Below, in pieces: positions 27,100-41,033 of a DNA stretch of 64,000 nt. Origin of the DNA: Tubiluchus corallicola (Eukaryota > Animalia > Priapulida); NCBI GenBank assembly GCA_030141605.1, contig JAQGDQ010000687.1, positions 1 to 64,000 of the forward strand, given 5' to 3'. Within the stretch, counting starts at the first letter, position 1, and every line of letters starts with the position of its first letter. The translations under genes were made by a program, and so were the position numbers. The notes under the pieces are model-generated. The model was given only the letters and a program-made list of their open reading frames with translations. It was not told the origin of the DNA and searched no databases.

Positions 27100-28150
27100 C
27101 ATGGTGCTCGTGACTGCAATTATCATCTGAGTGCAGGTAGACTAATATTGTACTCATGTATGACTGAACACTTTGCCCTAATTTTCACATTTCGACTCTG
27201 TCTCAGTTTTGACTCCTACCTCAGGCCCTTAAACAATTCCAATCTGAGCATGACAGTGTTTATCATTTGATTATTTTTGGCCCAATGAGGCTTACTCATG
27301 TGTGATTAAATGTTTAACATGTCTCAAACACTGGATGCCGGGTCTGGGCTGGATGCCAGCACTAAGTTCTCTTGGAATTCGTACTGTTCATGGGTCACAT
27401 TTTGGCTCCTGTCTTAGACCTTTAAACAACCCTAAGTTATGATATATACACCACTGTCTGTGCCCCTCTTCTAACTGATCAATGGTGTCCTTGACTGAGA
27501 CCGAGGTTCATATACCACCTTTGAGACTCCCACTTCAGTTAGCATGCACTAAAATTGGATGCCCTAATTTTCACATTTTGGCTCCTATCTTGGGCACTTA
27601 AATAATACCAGCTTTGTACCAACACCACTGTCAAAGCCCTGACCTCACCTGTCTTGCCTGTAGGTTTTGTGGCTCTAGTTATCACAGTTTTAGAATTATT
27701 TGATGTCCAGGCTTTTAAAAACCCAAGTATGTATCTACCCCTAAATAGTTATAAAAAGTACTGAATTAAACTCATAGCCCTAGGAGGAATTGAAGGCTAA
27801 TCTAAAAACTGACCTATATGTCCAGTGTCCTTGACTCTGACCGAAGTCATTATTCACCATACCACACCACAATTACCACTTTCAAAGCCCTTACCCCAGG
27901 TATCTACCCTGTAAGTTTCATGATTCAAGCTTTTAGTTTTTGAGTTAACACGAATTAGAAAGTGGAAAACTGGATGTCTAACATAATGAAAAAAGTGAGC
28001 ATATCATTTCTACTAGATCTGTGACACATCTACTCCACAGTACTTCAATAGTAATGAAAAAAATGAACTCCACTCAACAAGCCCAAGCGGAGTTGAATGA
28101 CAATCGAAACACTCACCAACGTCCTTGACCCTTTGACTGCTCACAGATAA
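27100..28150. mobile_element. HINE-like dispersed repeat, family A copy 3 (inverted)
   Basis: ccctaggaggaattg (27778) is the reverse complement of caattcctcctaggg (10567); tandem subrepeats cacattttggctcct. Confidence 0.55.
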
Positions 28151-29289
28151 AAAAATTGCAGGTGTGGTGAGTGCATGACAAATGAAAGAGCCTTCACAAC
28201 TAATCAATTCATTGTAACTTGTAAGCAATAGTAATTATTAACAGTATTCAGACATACAGCATACTATACATTCAGTACCAAAAGAGACTGTATGCCCGGG
28301 TGGGCCTGGCATGCATACAAGCATACAGCCCCCACATTAAAATAACAAGTATTTACTAAGACAGAGCGCTCTATCTTACCTGTTATAAAACAGGTAATGA
28401 GGTATAAGAAAATACGTGAATTTACTCTTTCAGTTGATTTAACTAACACGTTCATTCAATTCTATGATTTACGTCAAATTCGCAGAATACCTTTAGAATA
28501 TTTTTACCACACAAGAAATATACAACTTAACAGCTACTGCTGTTTTCAAAGCACTTTCTAAACTCAAAAAGTCTGAAATACATATTACTCGCGACACGTG
28601 TTTGTAAAATAACGTGACGAAGAGCGCGTCAGCGCGATGCGTTTGTAAAACAGCAAAAGGGATGATGTTGAAATATTTCCTAAAGGAGAAGCCCGCGATT
28701 TTTATTTTTAATGATTGAGCTACGCTAAGCGAAATCAGCTGAGCCTGGTAGCTCCAATACGGTTCCATCAATTAATTTTTTAAGGCTGTTGATCTGTAGA
28801 ATTTTTTATAATAAAAACGTCGACCCTGCTTTCCTCAACATTAATGCGCATTTAAAATAGAAACCATAGAAAAGTATAAATTAATAGGACAACAGAAAAG
28901 GAATTAGAACGAGACCCAGAAAAAAAGAGAGAAGGAGGAAAACAAACAGGAAGAGTAGACGTAGATTTTCCTGAATTATGATTTTGTCACTTTCTTAAAG
29001 GGACACAACTCACAGAGTATGTTCATTAAATCCAATTAAAATCCTTCATCTTCTTACAAATAGGTCATAAATGTTGCCAAGGTAAGCATAATATATCATT
29101 ACTGGCTTGGTGTCACCACCTACTAATTCCGAAATAAACTAGCAGAAGCTAGTGTACATACTGTGGAAGATTACTCTTATACTGTTATACTGTCATGATT
29201 AGTGGTTAAGCGAGTAGACTCATAGAAACTCCGCCGTTTCCACAAAATAATTGTCGGTTAATGATTTAAATGTTATGGTTGGTGCGGCA

Positions 29290-30410
29290 ATCAAAATAGC
29301 AGGTAGATTTATTCCATTTATTTGTTAATGCTATTCTCACAGTAAAATGAATATTTACGAATATAGAGGCGTGACTGTCTTTTAAAACGTTTTAAATTAT
29401 GTCCTCTAGTTTTAGAATCAACAACTAATTAAAAAACTTTGTAGGCAGAATGTTTTCTTTTCTAGTCAGTATTAATTTTCTACAAACCTCATTAAGATCT
29501 CCACGGTGTCTTCTTAATTCAGGCGTGGCAAATTCAATACTTCAATCTTTCTAAATATGTCAGATCTATGCCAGCTTTTGTAATAATGGGAATTTCAAAG
29601 CTGCACGTAGTGTTCTAGATGAGGTCTAACCTGACCAATGTATGATTCCAATATAATTCCTTTATTTTTAGAAACAATGTGTCTCTTTATCATGCTTGAA
29701 AATTTTATTTGCTTTTTAGCAGAGGAAACGCATTGCTGGGAAAATTTCATGTTTGCTGTTATTATCACACCAGAATCATTTTTACTATTTGTACTTTGAA
29801 GAGTTATTGAATTCAAAACATAATCACTTTTAAGATTTCGAAAACCGCAAAGCGTTACCTCATATTTATCAATATTAAATAACATCTGTTAATCATTACT
29901 CCACCTACATAGTTGTTGAATATCATGCTGTAAAACTAATGAATCTGTAACAGAGTTAATAATAATTATTGAATTACACAACTTTGTATCATCTGCAAAC
30001 TTTAAAATATGAGTGGAAATCTTCTTATCAATATCATTAATATATAGTGAACAACATTTGTCTGAGCACCAATCCCTGTGGAACACCACTTGTCACCAAC
30101 CTTTCAGCTGGTTCTACACCATCAAGTTCGGCACGTTGTTTTCTTCGAAACTGATGATATCACCAGAAATATTATGGATTTTAAAATTTGTAAGCAATCT
30201 TCAATGAGGCAGATTTCAAAAGCCTTGGAAAAATCAAAATAGATGATATTAACAGGATTTCCTTTATCAAAGAATAGAAATAATATCATCAAAAAACTTA
30301 TTGGACTGGTCAAACTCGAGCAGCCTTTAGAGAAGCCTTTAATTAGGCTCATACGACTCAAGAATTGATTTCGTAAATTTACGTTTGAATACATGTTCTG
30401 ATTTAGCATT
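29290..30410 (-). mobile_element. 5'-truncated degenerate CR1-clade LINE (RT and 3' end)
   Basis: IYFDFSKAF, LYINDIDKKISTHILKFADDTKL, VRPHLEHYVQ motifs across frameshifts; AATAAA near 29310. Confidence 0.9.
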
Positions 30411-30419
30411 TTTTAGTTC

Positions 30420-33378
30420 TAGGTAAAGTTTATTCCATAGTAAAGGCCCTCCCTGTGAATGTTAAATGATGTCTGGCTGTGTTTGTTTTGCAGTACTGCA
30501 CTTTAAATTCATTTGATCTAATACTATGAAATTTAACATTTAATTGAACTGTTAATTCAGGTTATAATTAACTAAATCATCTACTAATAATATTTTACAT
30601 TCTTTAAAATGGGTGTTATCTATATGTGCCCTTCTATTTGTTGTTTTCTGTTTGTTGTTTATAAAGAATACGCAAAAATTTTCTTTGGACTACCTTTAGT
30701 TTAGATAATTTTGAAATACATGTTTTTCCCCAAAGAATGGAACAGTAATTAAGATAAGGAAGAATTAAGCAATTATATAAAGTAATTGTGTGTGATTTTG
30801 AAAGATAATGTCGGATATAAGTAATGATTCCTAGTATTTTTGATATTTTTTACCAATATATTTAATATGAGAAGTCCAGTTTAGATGCTCTTGTAAAATT
30901 ATCCCCAAGATTTTATTTCTTTTACTATTTCGATGTTGACGTTACCAATCATAAAATTTAGATTATGTCATTTTATGTATAACAGAAATAACAATGGCCC
31001 TAAAATGGATCCCTGTGGAACGCCATACAGCAGTTCTCGACTATCAGAATTCATATTATTGTATTTAACATCGTGAGACCTGTTTATGAGGTAACTATGA
31101 AACCAATGAAGAGCAAGTCCTCGTATTCCACAAAACTGTAATTTTTGCAGTAATATACTGTGGTCTACTTTATCAAAAGCTTTTGATAAGTCACAGAAGA
31201 TACCAGCTAGCACGTTTTTGTTTTCAATTGTCTTAACAATTTCTTCTGTGACTTTAATTAAAGCTAACTGGGTAGAAATTTTAGAACGAAAACCAAACTG
31301 TTCTTTAATTAGTATATTATGTTTTGTAATATAACTTGTTAATTGATTGTGAACACAGCGTTCTAAAATTTTAGAAAATATTGGTAAAATGAAACTGGTC
31401 GATAATTACTCGGATTGGTTGGGTCGCCTGTTTTAAATAGTGGTGTAACAATCGAATGTTTGAGTTTGTTCGGCACTGTTCCGGTGATGAGAGAAGAATT
31501 TATTATGTGTTAAAGGAGTAGCTATATAACTACTCATATCTAACATTATTTTTGGCAATAATTTATCTGCACCTGTGCTTTTCTGGGGATTAATTGCGTT
31601 TAATAAACATTCTGTTTCATTTACAGTAACCGGTTTAAAGAAGAATGAGTCCATGTAGTTCCCATTTAGATAATTTGCTAATGTGCGACATATCGTTGTA
31701 AAGTAATATTGAAAGCATCAGCTACATTTTTATCTTTTGTTATTAATTTGTTATCTATCTTTAATTTAACAGCATGCGATTCTTTGTGCTTTTGCATAAG
31801 ATTTCTTATAGTATCCCAAGTTTGTTTAATGTTATTTTTATGTTTCTCTAATTGGTTTTTGTAGTAGTCTAATTTAGAAGTTTTGACTAGACCATTTACT
31901 TTGTTCCTGAGTGTTTTATAGCTATCTATTGTTACATTATTTTTTCCTTTAACAAGATCATGATGCATTTTGTTTTTCCTTTTAATGGAAATCAGTATGC
32001 CTTTTGTTATCCAGGGCTTTTTGAAATTGCTATTGCTATTGAAGAATACAAATTTCTCTTTTACTTGCTTTTTATATGTATTTGAAATTATTTCAAAAAA
32101 ACTGTTATATGCTTGTTCAGGATTATTGTTTGCTAATACTGTAGTAAGGCCAGCAATTGATAATTCACTTAAAAGTGATTCTTTTACTCTGGAATTATAT
32201 ATAACTTGGTTTCTGTAGATGTTACTAGTAAAGGGTTTTATTTTATCTATTATAAGGAAAACAGGCAAATGATCCGTAATGTCATTTAAAAAACATCCTA
32301 CTTTATACGAGTCTTGAATTAAGCTGGTAAAAATATTATGTATTAGGGTTACAGAATGACTTGTTGTCCTAGTAGGTCGGGTTATTGTTGGAATTAAAAA
32401 CTTAGTAAATAAAGAGTCTAAAAAATCATTTGTATCATTGTGTTCTGCAAAGTTTAAAAGACTTATGTTTGTGTCACCTAAAATGAAAATTTGTTTGTTT
32501 TGATCATTTGGTTTGGTAATTGTATTGAAGAACGTGTCTGAGAATGGAATAGGACTTTCACCTGGTGGTCTATATTCTGAACCAATCACAATATTTTTCC
32601 CGTCCGACACAGTAATCTCAATAAAAAGCATTTCAATATTTTCATTAGTTACATTTAAATGTTTACGAACTGTATATACAATGTCGTTTCTTACAAACAA
32701 CCCCACCACCGGATTTATGCTTTCTATTCAAACCAAGAAAATTATACCCAGGTAAATGAAATTCCAGGTTCCATTCATCAGTTAACCACGTTTCAGTAAG
32801 TGCTAATACAGAAAATGTTTCTTCGATTAGGTTAAGAAATGCTGCTAGGTATTCAATATTAGCTTTTAAACTTCTAACATTCAAATGTATAAGAGACAAT
32901 GAATTTTTGAATTTTAAATTGTATAATAGAGAGTGGAATTGATCTTCAGTATAGTATTTACTACCTGTTAAATTAATATTGTGAGCAAAAAATCTATTGT
33001 CTGGGTCAATACTATCTATGGCTTCTGAATCAGATCCAAAAGAATTAGGAATTAATGCCAGTTTTTTTCATTAAAAGTAAAATTCAAATTAGTACATTGG
33101 CCTTGATGTAAAAATTCACTGTCATCTGAAATACTGATGAAAGGAAATATGGACTGCAGACACGGGGGACACAGCCAGCCATCATTATTTGAAGTTATAT
33201 TGTCATAGTGATCAGTCGCAAGTTCTGTACATTTTAAATGCGTATAATTTTGACAGTGTCCACAAAAAACACTCTTTTGGTTTATTCTCACGTTCCTGGC
33301 GCAATATGTACATGTGGATATGACCATGATAATGATGATGAAAATTATGTAATATGATAAAAATAAAAAAGAAAACAA
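30420..33378 (-). mobile_element. LINE ORF2 (L2/Crack/CR1 group): PHD finger, APE endonuclease and RT, disrupted
   Basis: C4HC3 PHD (CTYC..CGHC..H..C..WLCPPC); HLNVRSL, LTETW, YRPP, GDTN, TDHLPV (APE); KPWIT; DLSKAFDKVDH, GVPQGSILGPLLF (RT); frameshifts, and the xADD segment is deleted near 30965; AATAAA near 30430. Confidence 0.95.
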
Positions 33379-35566
33379 ATTAATGAGTATGGGGTCAGAA
33401 GTAAAAATGTGGGCATATGTGATAATCAGGAGTTGAAGTGTTTACATGAAATAGCCATAAATGATGTTTAAAAATTTCGACTCATAAATTTAATGTCATT
33501 ACTATAGGGCCAAAACGGGAAACTTAACGAGAAACGTGTGCGTATAAAAATAAAGAAAATCAGCTAAGCAGCATAGTCTGCCTATAAAATATTTGTAGAA
33601 GTGCACGTACAAGCTCGCACACATGCACACTCAAACAATTAAAACACGCTCCGCTCTCCGCACATCCTCAACCACACGCTCTCGCACATGCACGAGCATA
33701 TACATGCAAACGAGTATTTATGTTTCAACATAATTATAGAATTTACAAGTAATTTATATGTAAATGCAGAAACAGTACAATGTTTTTCAATGTATTAATC
33801 TTTTACGAAAGTGTATGCTGCATAACGAACTACAAAACCGGTGATAGTATTTTATACATTCAAATGTTCAGGCATTCACTAAGATTTTTGCACTCACACA
33901 AATTTTTTTGCGTATTCAATTGTTCAGGGAATCACTAGAAATATGCACGCAGACACGTTGATACAAGGACATCTAATCAAAACGCACACAGTTACTGATA
34001 ATCATGCACAGATTTAATGATACCTTCGCGGATCAAGAGACTTTTCCGTTAGAATCAGAGTTTACATGACATTGACACACAATAAGTGTACAGTAATATT
34101 CAGTGTATACTAATCAAGTTTAGCAAAATAGGGTACATTACTGTTGCATATACCTAAATGTTCAGTGCTTAATCGGAAAATAATAAAATGTGAAAAGGAA
34201 TTTGCATAAAAATAAGCTATACTATAGAAATATGACGGGGTAATATGTTTAAGTTAAAGAAAATAAGAAATATAATGTTAAACTATTACGCCCGAGAAAC
34301 TACAGAATCATATCTATACGAAACGATAAACAGAAATAAAATGTGATGGCATTACAACCGCGCAAAGCCATTCAATTACAGATTGTTTGTCAATCGGAGA
34401 AAAGGTAAAGGTCATGCTGTATGAATAGCAAAACGAGAATACAAGAACCAATGGTAAGTGCAAAAGAAACCCTTCAAGTTTGAAACAAAGACTGTAACTG
34501 TAGATCAATTCAAAAAAATAATGTATTTTTCATATTCATGAAAATATGAAAATAATATAATTATGTAGGAAGGCATATATTATTATGTAGAATATTTAAA
34601 GGATGAATGTGATAAAACACATGTACTAGTATATAACAAGAAGAAGTGGATTAAATTAAAAATGCGATTGACTTGCGAAATTTACACTACTTAGAAGGAT
34701 AGGCATAATTATCAAAAATGATTGCTGCCAGTCCTAAATCGCGTGGACATAGTCCTAAACTCCAGTAGCAGTAAGAAAGTATATATACAACTAATAAGCC
34801 TAGGTTATATTATACCAAGTACAAAATGAGATGCAATCACCACTGGGTTATCCAAGATTACAGTAAAATAACGAAATACCCATTTAAGGAATTATACGCC
34901 TTATTATGTGTTGGCAAAAGATTGGACTAAAGAACTAAATTAACTTTTAAGTGGTGACTCAAAAATGTAAATTAATAATAAATGCCTCACACATCCACAT
35001 GTCTAGCTAATAGTATTATATTAGAACACAGAAAAAATTGTGCGAATTTAAAGGGTTATAGACCTATCAGTGACAAAAAAGAGAAAAATTACACATGTAC
35101 TTTATTAAATAGGAACTCAACTGTAGGTGTAATAACTCAACCGCGCATTTAACGAAAATTTAGACAACTTTAGAAACTTGGTTGAAACAGACCTATATGC
35201 AGTTACAAAGGGTTTACCAAAATTCCTCGAAAACTAAATTGAGTACTCAAGTTAACAGACTGTACGTGTATCGCTTAACAAATTTTAATCCGAGCAGATT
35301 AAATACAAACAAACCTTTTACAATTCCACAGGGTAATTCCAGAGCGTGTGGTTTAAAAACAAACAAACAAAAAAGCTAGGTCATTCAAGTAATAAATTAA
35401 ATAATTTGACTGTGGTTGTATAACGCAACTGCGCATTCTACATAATAGTAGACTTTGAGTCATTGGAAAGAAAATAGTTGGGACAAAACACCTAGAGGTT
35501 GTAAGCTGATCAAACGAGTATGGGTAAATGTATTACCAATAACTGGAACAAAAAAATTAACTTTAC

Positions 35567-35940
35567 CTAACAGTCTGATTCCAAAGGTGTATTGTAACGC
35601 TTCAGATCTTCCAAACTAGAAATCTCAGTTATGTCAGTCCCTCCGGTCAGTTTTATGAAAACTCGGCCATCACGGGTCCAGGTGGTGCACTTTTTCATTT
35701 TTGCCATCTCCCTTGTATGTTTATAGATGCGAGCACTTAAACCGGACAAGTGTTCGTTAATGTAAAATCTGTTGTTGTTCTTGCTTCCACCAAAGTCACC
35801 AAAATTGTGCGCTCTGCACGTCTTTAAATTATTTTTATTACGAAGCAGTTCACGTTTCTTCCTTTTACTATTAAATCTAACGATGATAGGAGAACACAGT
35901 TCCAGTCTGTTACTAGGTACTCGGTGAGCAGTATTACTTT
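35567..35940 (-). mobile_element. LINE ORF1 C-terminal fragment (L1-type RRM/CTD, FP25K-like), probably belonging to the 30420-33378 element
   Basis: HRVP....SPIIVRFNS.RKKRELL...FYINEHLS...WTRDGRVFIK, typical of Crack/L2-group ORF1; same strand and upstream of ORF2. Confidence 0.8.
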
Positions 35941-37456
35941 CGTAAATTCAGATAAATCCATCTTTTGATTGAATCAAGTCTCAGTTATGAATATATCAAC
36001 AAGAGCAACCAGCTCGTGAAACTTAGAACTCAAACTTCATGCATTAGTATTTAAGCAAGTAAACATATTTACATTATAATTGTACAGAATTAGACTTAAC
36101 AGACGTTGACAAAATTATTACGAGGAGTCTGAAAGTCATGGCCTAAGCCAATAACAGATTTAATATGTGAGCGCTTAGGAGTAACATATCGAGAAATATC
36201 ACCTAAAATATAAAATAACACGGGTAGTAAAAGTTATGCTGCAGCAGTGACTAAACGAACAGTACTCATAATACTGAGGAACTTTTCCGCAATCCGCTGA
36301 CATAAATTTAACTTAATTGCTTGAGGTAGCGCGGACTGCTTCCGCCAGCCCTTGTATCATATTAGTCGGCCTACATAATTATAGGCTCAGTATATTATTA
36401 AATTTTGTGACGTGCCACAATGTGTATTACTAGAGCCACTAGCAATAGTAACGTACCGCTGGATTGTAGCAACACGAAAATTTTCCTTCACCACGCTGAG
36501 GAAGTGTTATTAAAACCGTGGTGATGAAGCCCTTCAGTGTAGATATTTGGAGCTTCAGTGAGGATATTTGGATAATAGTTATATTATTCTCATAATTGTA
36601 TTAGACCAGCAAACTGTGCATATATGCTGCATTTGAGTTGTGCTTTCGTTTGTACGTAACTTTCATTAGCAACGGATTTATTTTGCAAATTTCCGAACGT
36701 GAAGAATTTTCAAATAACTGTAGGTCAAATGATATTGGTAAATTTATGGACGCATTAACTGCTCTTTTTAACTCCCAAAGCTTTGATAACGACAAAGACT
36801 AAGTAAAGGAAAGTATAAACATTAAGGATAAAGCAAGAGAAACTGGACAAGAACGAGGTCCCAAGAATAATAATGACAAAAGAACTAAAAGAGGATAAAA
36901 ATGAAAATGACAAGAAAATGAAAATAAGAGCAAAAATAAAGAGAGGGAAAATGGTATAATTGATGGCACTGTTAAAACTAAACAATAAAATAAAGATAAA
37001 GACAAAGCAATATAAAGGATCATAATCACAGGTAGTCCGTGTGAGCGTGTAGCCAACGATAAATCATAGTAATGATAGTAAATGATAGTAATGATTTTGT
37101 GCACCGTAGTCAGCGCAGCCTTATTCATACACGTATCTCTACTGCTATACGATATGAAGAAAGAAGGTTCAACGTCAGAGAATTAGCACCTATACATCCA
37201 TATCCTCTAACAAAACAATACAGTTTTAATAAAAAGAACAAAATAACTGATTTTATTTTACAAACCCGGCCTAAAAATAACAGGAACTTGTTTGCCAAAA
37301 AGCATGTTAAATTTAAGTAGCAAGTTCCTGATGTTTACAAAAATATACGGAGAATGATTTACCTTGCTGCTTTGATAAACTCTCTTTAACATTACAGAAA
37401 ATATAATGTAAATACACTGTCCTCTTATACTAAAACCTGCAATATCAGAACGAAGT

Positions 37457-37638
37457 GTAAGGATAAGGAAAATGAGAAGGATAAGGATAAAAATAAGGAT
37501 AAGAGCAAGGTAAGGCTAAAGCTAAGGATAAACTAAGGATAAGGATAACGATAACGATAAGAATAAGGATAAGAATACAAATAAAAATAAAGACTAAGAC
37601 GAAGATGAATATAAAGATAAAGATAAACATAAAGATAG
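37457..37638. repeat. Degenerate hexamer microsatellite (GATAAG/GATAAA)
   Basis: ggataaggataaaaataaggataagagcaagg...gataaagataaacataaagat. Confidence 0.9.
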
Positions 37639-40403
37639 CCAATAGCCAACTAGCCATGGCGAAATGTCCTCAGAATTGGAAATCTTTTGAACGTTAAGAT
37701 ACAGGTTCTATAATTATTTAGTAATGCTTTATTTACAATGGCTTTGTATAGTTACTTTTTTACAAAGTCATGCAAAAAAGCCATGCAAAAATATCTATCA
37801 ATCTATCAGTATCTTAATGTAATTTTTGCCATTTGTCATGGCACTATCATGTAGCAAAGGTATTGCTCACACAATGCCAGCCTGTCCCCGCTTTTGTGAA
37901 ACCCCTAACTGAAATCTTGAGTGGCTAATTAGAAATCGGTCTATTTGCCAATTAGTAACGACTAAATTTCGGAAAAAACGGTTGAAAAAATGAGTTTGAT
38001 GTGTGACATTAGTTCAGAGGTAATCACGCATTCAGCAAACGCAGTGCGTGTAAAAACGCGGAAATAATACTGCCACATGTGTAAAAAACGCTGTAAAATA
38101 CCATGTATAGGTGTAATAAACACGAGACGTGCATTTAGTTAGTGCAGTTACATGCAACTTAATTGCGTTATTCCTAAACATAATTTATCTCCAGAGAATA
38201 GCCACAAAACGAAGGATATTGTGCCTGTTCATGGTGATGTATTTTAGACTCTTCGAATAGAAAGTCGTGTACAAGTATTAATAATGCAAGGCTTGAAGTT
38301 GCTAATGCACTTGTTTGCTTATTTGCAAGCATGCCTTCTGCAATTATGCCCCCCAATAGACTTTAGCTGGACCTGTAAATAAAGAGACTGAAACGGAAGT
38401 ATTAGTCTGTGCCCGACGTTACTTGGAAATTCAGAACGAGACCTCATGAATTCATATCTAAATCCGCGAGCATGTAGGTGTGTACAATTTGACATCCTGG
38501 TCCAGTGTAATATACCCATATCAAAATCTGCAGTTTATAACGCTCGCGTGTGACATACCAGTGTGTACGATGTGACTTATTATCACTTGACTATGCCCGG
38601 CCCAGTCTGGTTTATTCATGTGCGACTGATTTTTTTATTATAATTTTTTTTTAAAAACTGTGTACAAAATATATTCCCTCTATTTGTAGGAAATTTCTAT
38701 GTCATAAATTTTTAAAAGCATTTACAAAGTAAATGGAGATGAAATTCTACGAAGAAGCAGAAAACGCAGACGCCCTGCATGAAACGCACAGTTGAAGGTC
38801 AACTAACATGTTTGGCACGTTAACCTCACAATATTATTAATAACTTTTACTCTACTCCGTCAATTTTCGCGTTGCCTTGCCCTGTTTTGAGAAAAATATT
38901 TCGACCTTGAACTTTTACTCAAAGTCACTTCAGAAAATCAGTCCCTTATGAGGCAGTACAACTTACCCAGGTTTGAGTGAACACTTCTTTACAACTGAAA
39001 GGCTCGCACATTCAAACATATTTGGGGTGATTAAATCAAGTTATCCCCGTGTTTTGAACTAATTTGGTGTTCTTTCTATATGTTTTCTTGTCAGTTTTAT
39101 TGAGCTACATAGCCCTAATGCAGTCTTACAAACTCATGTGACTGCTGAAAAGTGTATTAAGTTTATGAATATCATACGTCAGGTCTTTAATGTATGACCA
39201 AGTTCCCGTTCCAGTAAAATATCGTTTCTCAAGTGTATTTTTGTTATGTACTCTATTTTGATTTTTCAAGATACCTAATTCGAAAAGTTTATTAAAATAG
39301 TGATCCACTGATAACGGCATTAATTCAACGAATCTGCTTACTATAGTATAACATGCACTATACTTTGTAAAGCAAAATATTTATTTTGTAAAACAAAAAT
39401 GTGCAGATAAAATATAAAGTGTCACCAAAGCTGAGAACGCCTGACATCAACGGTGATTTTGCGCTAACTGATAATAGCCATCAGATGCACTCAATTTATA
39501 AAAAATAATTTGGCCATGTTGGTCAAAACCAAAAACGGCTTCCTTATAGAAGTCACTATAACACATAATCGCGTATTATTTTTAAGATTTAAAACTTCTA
39601 TGATTCTTACACGCAACTTTATAAATAGAGCAACACAGTATCAAACTAAGACTGGATTTTGATAGCTAGCTTGAGCAGAATATAGGTACAATTTCTTTTG
39701 GGGGTTGTTTGACTTGTCAGTTTTGCTGTTCTATTAATTTTTAGTTACTTATTTTTTTCTGTTGGTAAATACATGAAGTTTGAAAATATCCCATGCTTTT
39801 GCGTCATCCGTGTAGTTCGGATACGGTGGAGATTTATGGTTCACGTAGGTGGAAGCCAAGTTTGTGACCCGTTTTGTTTCCTTTTCTGGAGGCAAATTGG
39901 CTCTTGAGCTGCAGGGCTTACAAAACCTCTGAGCGATGAAGATGACAGAATAAAGCTGTTGCAATAACTTTTAAAACGAACTAATTACAGGATAACAGAG
40001 AAACCTTAGAAACTTCTTGAAAGCACTTCTGAGTCTTATCACTAATGAAGCAAAAATCACCTTGGTTTCTTAGCTGTCACTTAATCATTTTCTCCTCCGA
40101 AATATCTGAGAACCTATAGGTACCTAACGTTTCGCACCAAGCTTTGTTTGTTAAGTATTATCACTGGTCATCCTGGTGTTTAAACCTGTCTATTGACAGT
40201 CGATAGTATACTTATTGCGATTAGAATTTGCTGTTGTTGCCCCGTGATAGGTGAAACTTTAAATTGTTACCAGCAAAACATTGGCATGTTCCTGCGTACT
40301 AAAGTCCTGTATTCCTAATTAATACAAATATCTAAAATATTGACATTTTCAGATTACTAGGCACGATTTGTAGTAAAAAGCAACTATTAACCCCAGGCAT
40401 GTA

Positions 40404-40473
40404 TGCAGTGAAGTTATAAAGCACTGCGCACTACATTAATTTAGTAGTTGATTTTCTAGTCTTCCATGTGAAC
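40404..40473 (+). promoter_or_regulatory. TATA/Inr promoter and short 5' UTR exon of the cystine-knot-like gene
   Basis: TATAAA 40415, TTAGT Inr-like 40441, donor AAC|GTAGGT 40474, acceptor tttttttgcag 40819 just before the ATG. Confidence 0.55.
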
Positions 40474-40827
40474 GTAGGTGCCCATGTAAACCCTGTCTGT
40501 TAGCAGACCGAAAGACTTCAATGTCGACAGACTTGATTGGCAGAAGTAGCTATCCAGTTCCCTCTTTCTTTTAACGCTATTTTTACTTATCTAAGGGATG
40601 AACATCTTGCTATCACAAATGATAATCAATGAAGATAAAAAGCACAATGCCTAGATGCATTAAGCGTCTAGGAGCAGCAAGATCAGCAAGATGCAGCATG
40701 CTCTTTGTGACTACTCAGCTCCTTTTCAATTCACCTGGGGTTTTCTGCTTCTGCTATTTAACATATGTCCTTGGCGTGAGCAGTTAACAGCAGTGACAAT
40801 TTACTGTTTTTTTTTGCAGTTACGTCG

Positions 40828-41033
40828 ATGGCAGAAGACAAATTATGTGCGAATGCAGTACACATAGCAAGGCTCAACATTCTACTTGCTTTTGTTGCCT
40901 TCATGTTACTACAGCTTTCAGGGGCAGATGAGATTTGCCAAGTGGAGACATATAAACAGCTTATTGAAGTCAATGGTAGAAGGGCAGATATTACAATGGG
41001 GCAGTGCGTTGCAGTGTCAAAGTTTTATATACG
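40828..41033 (+). CDS. Secreted cystine-knot-like (bursicon/glycoprotein-hormone-like) protein, coding exon 1
   Basis: Signal peptide LNILLAFVAFMLLQLSGA|DEICQV...ITMGQC; donor CG|GTAAGA at 41034 (phase 2). Confidence 0.8.

Noticed and set aside
36755-37657. Hydrophobic, membrane-protein-like ORFs
   Set aside because: Low-complexity A-rich and hexamer repeats; no splice or family support
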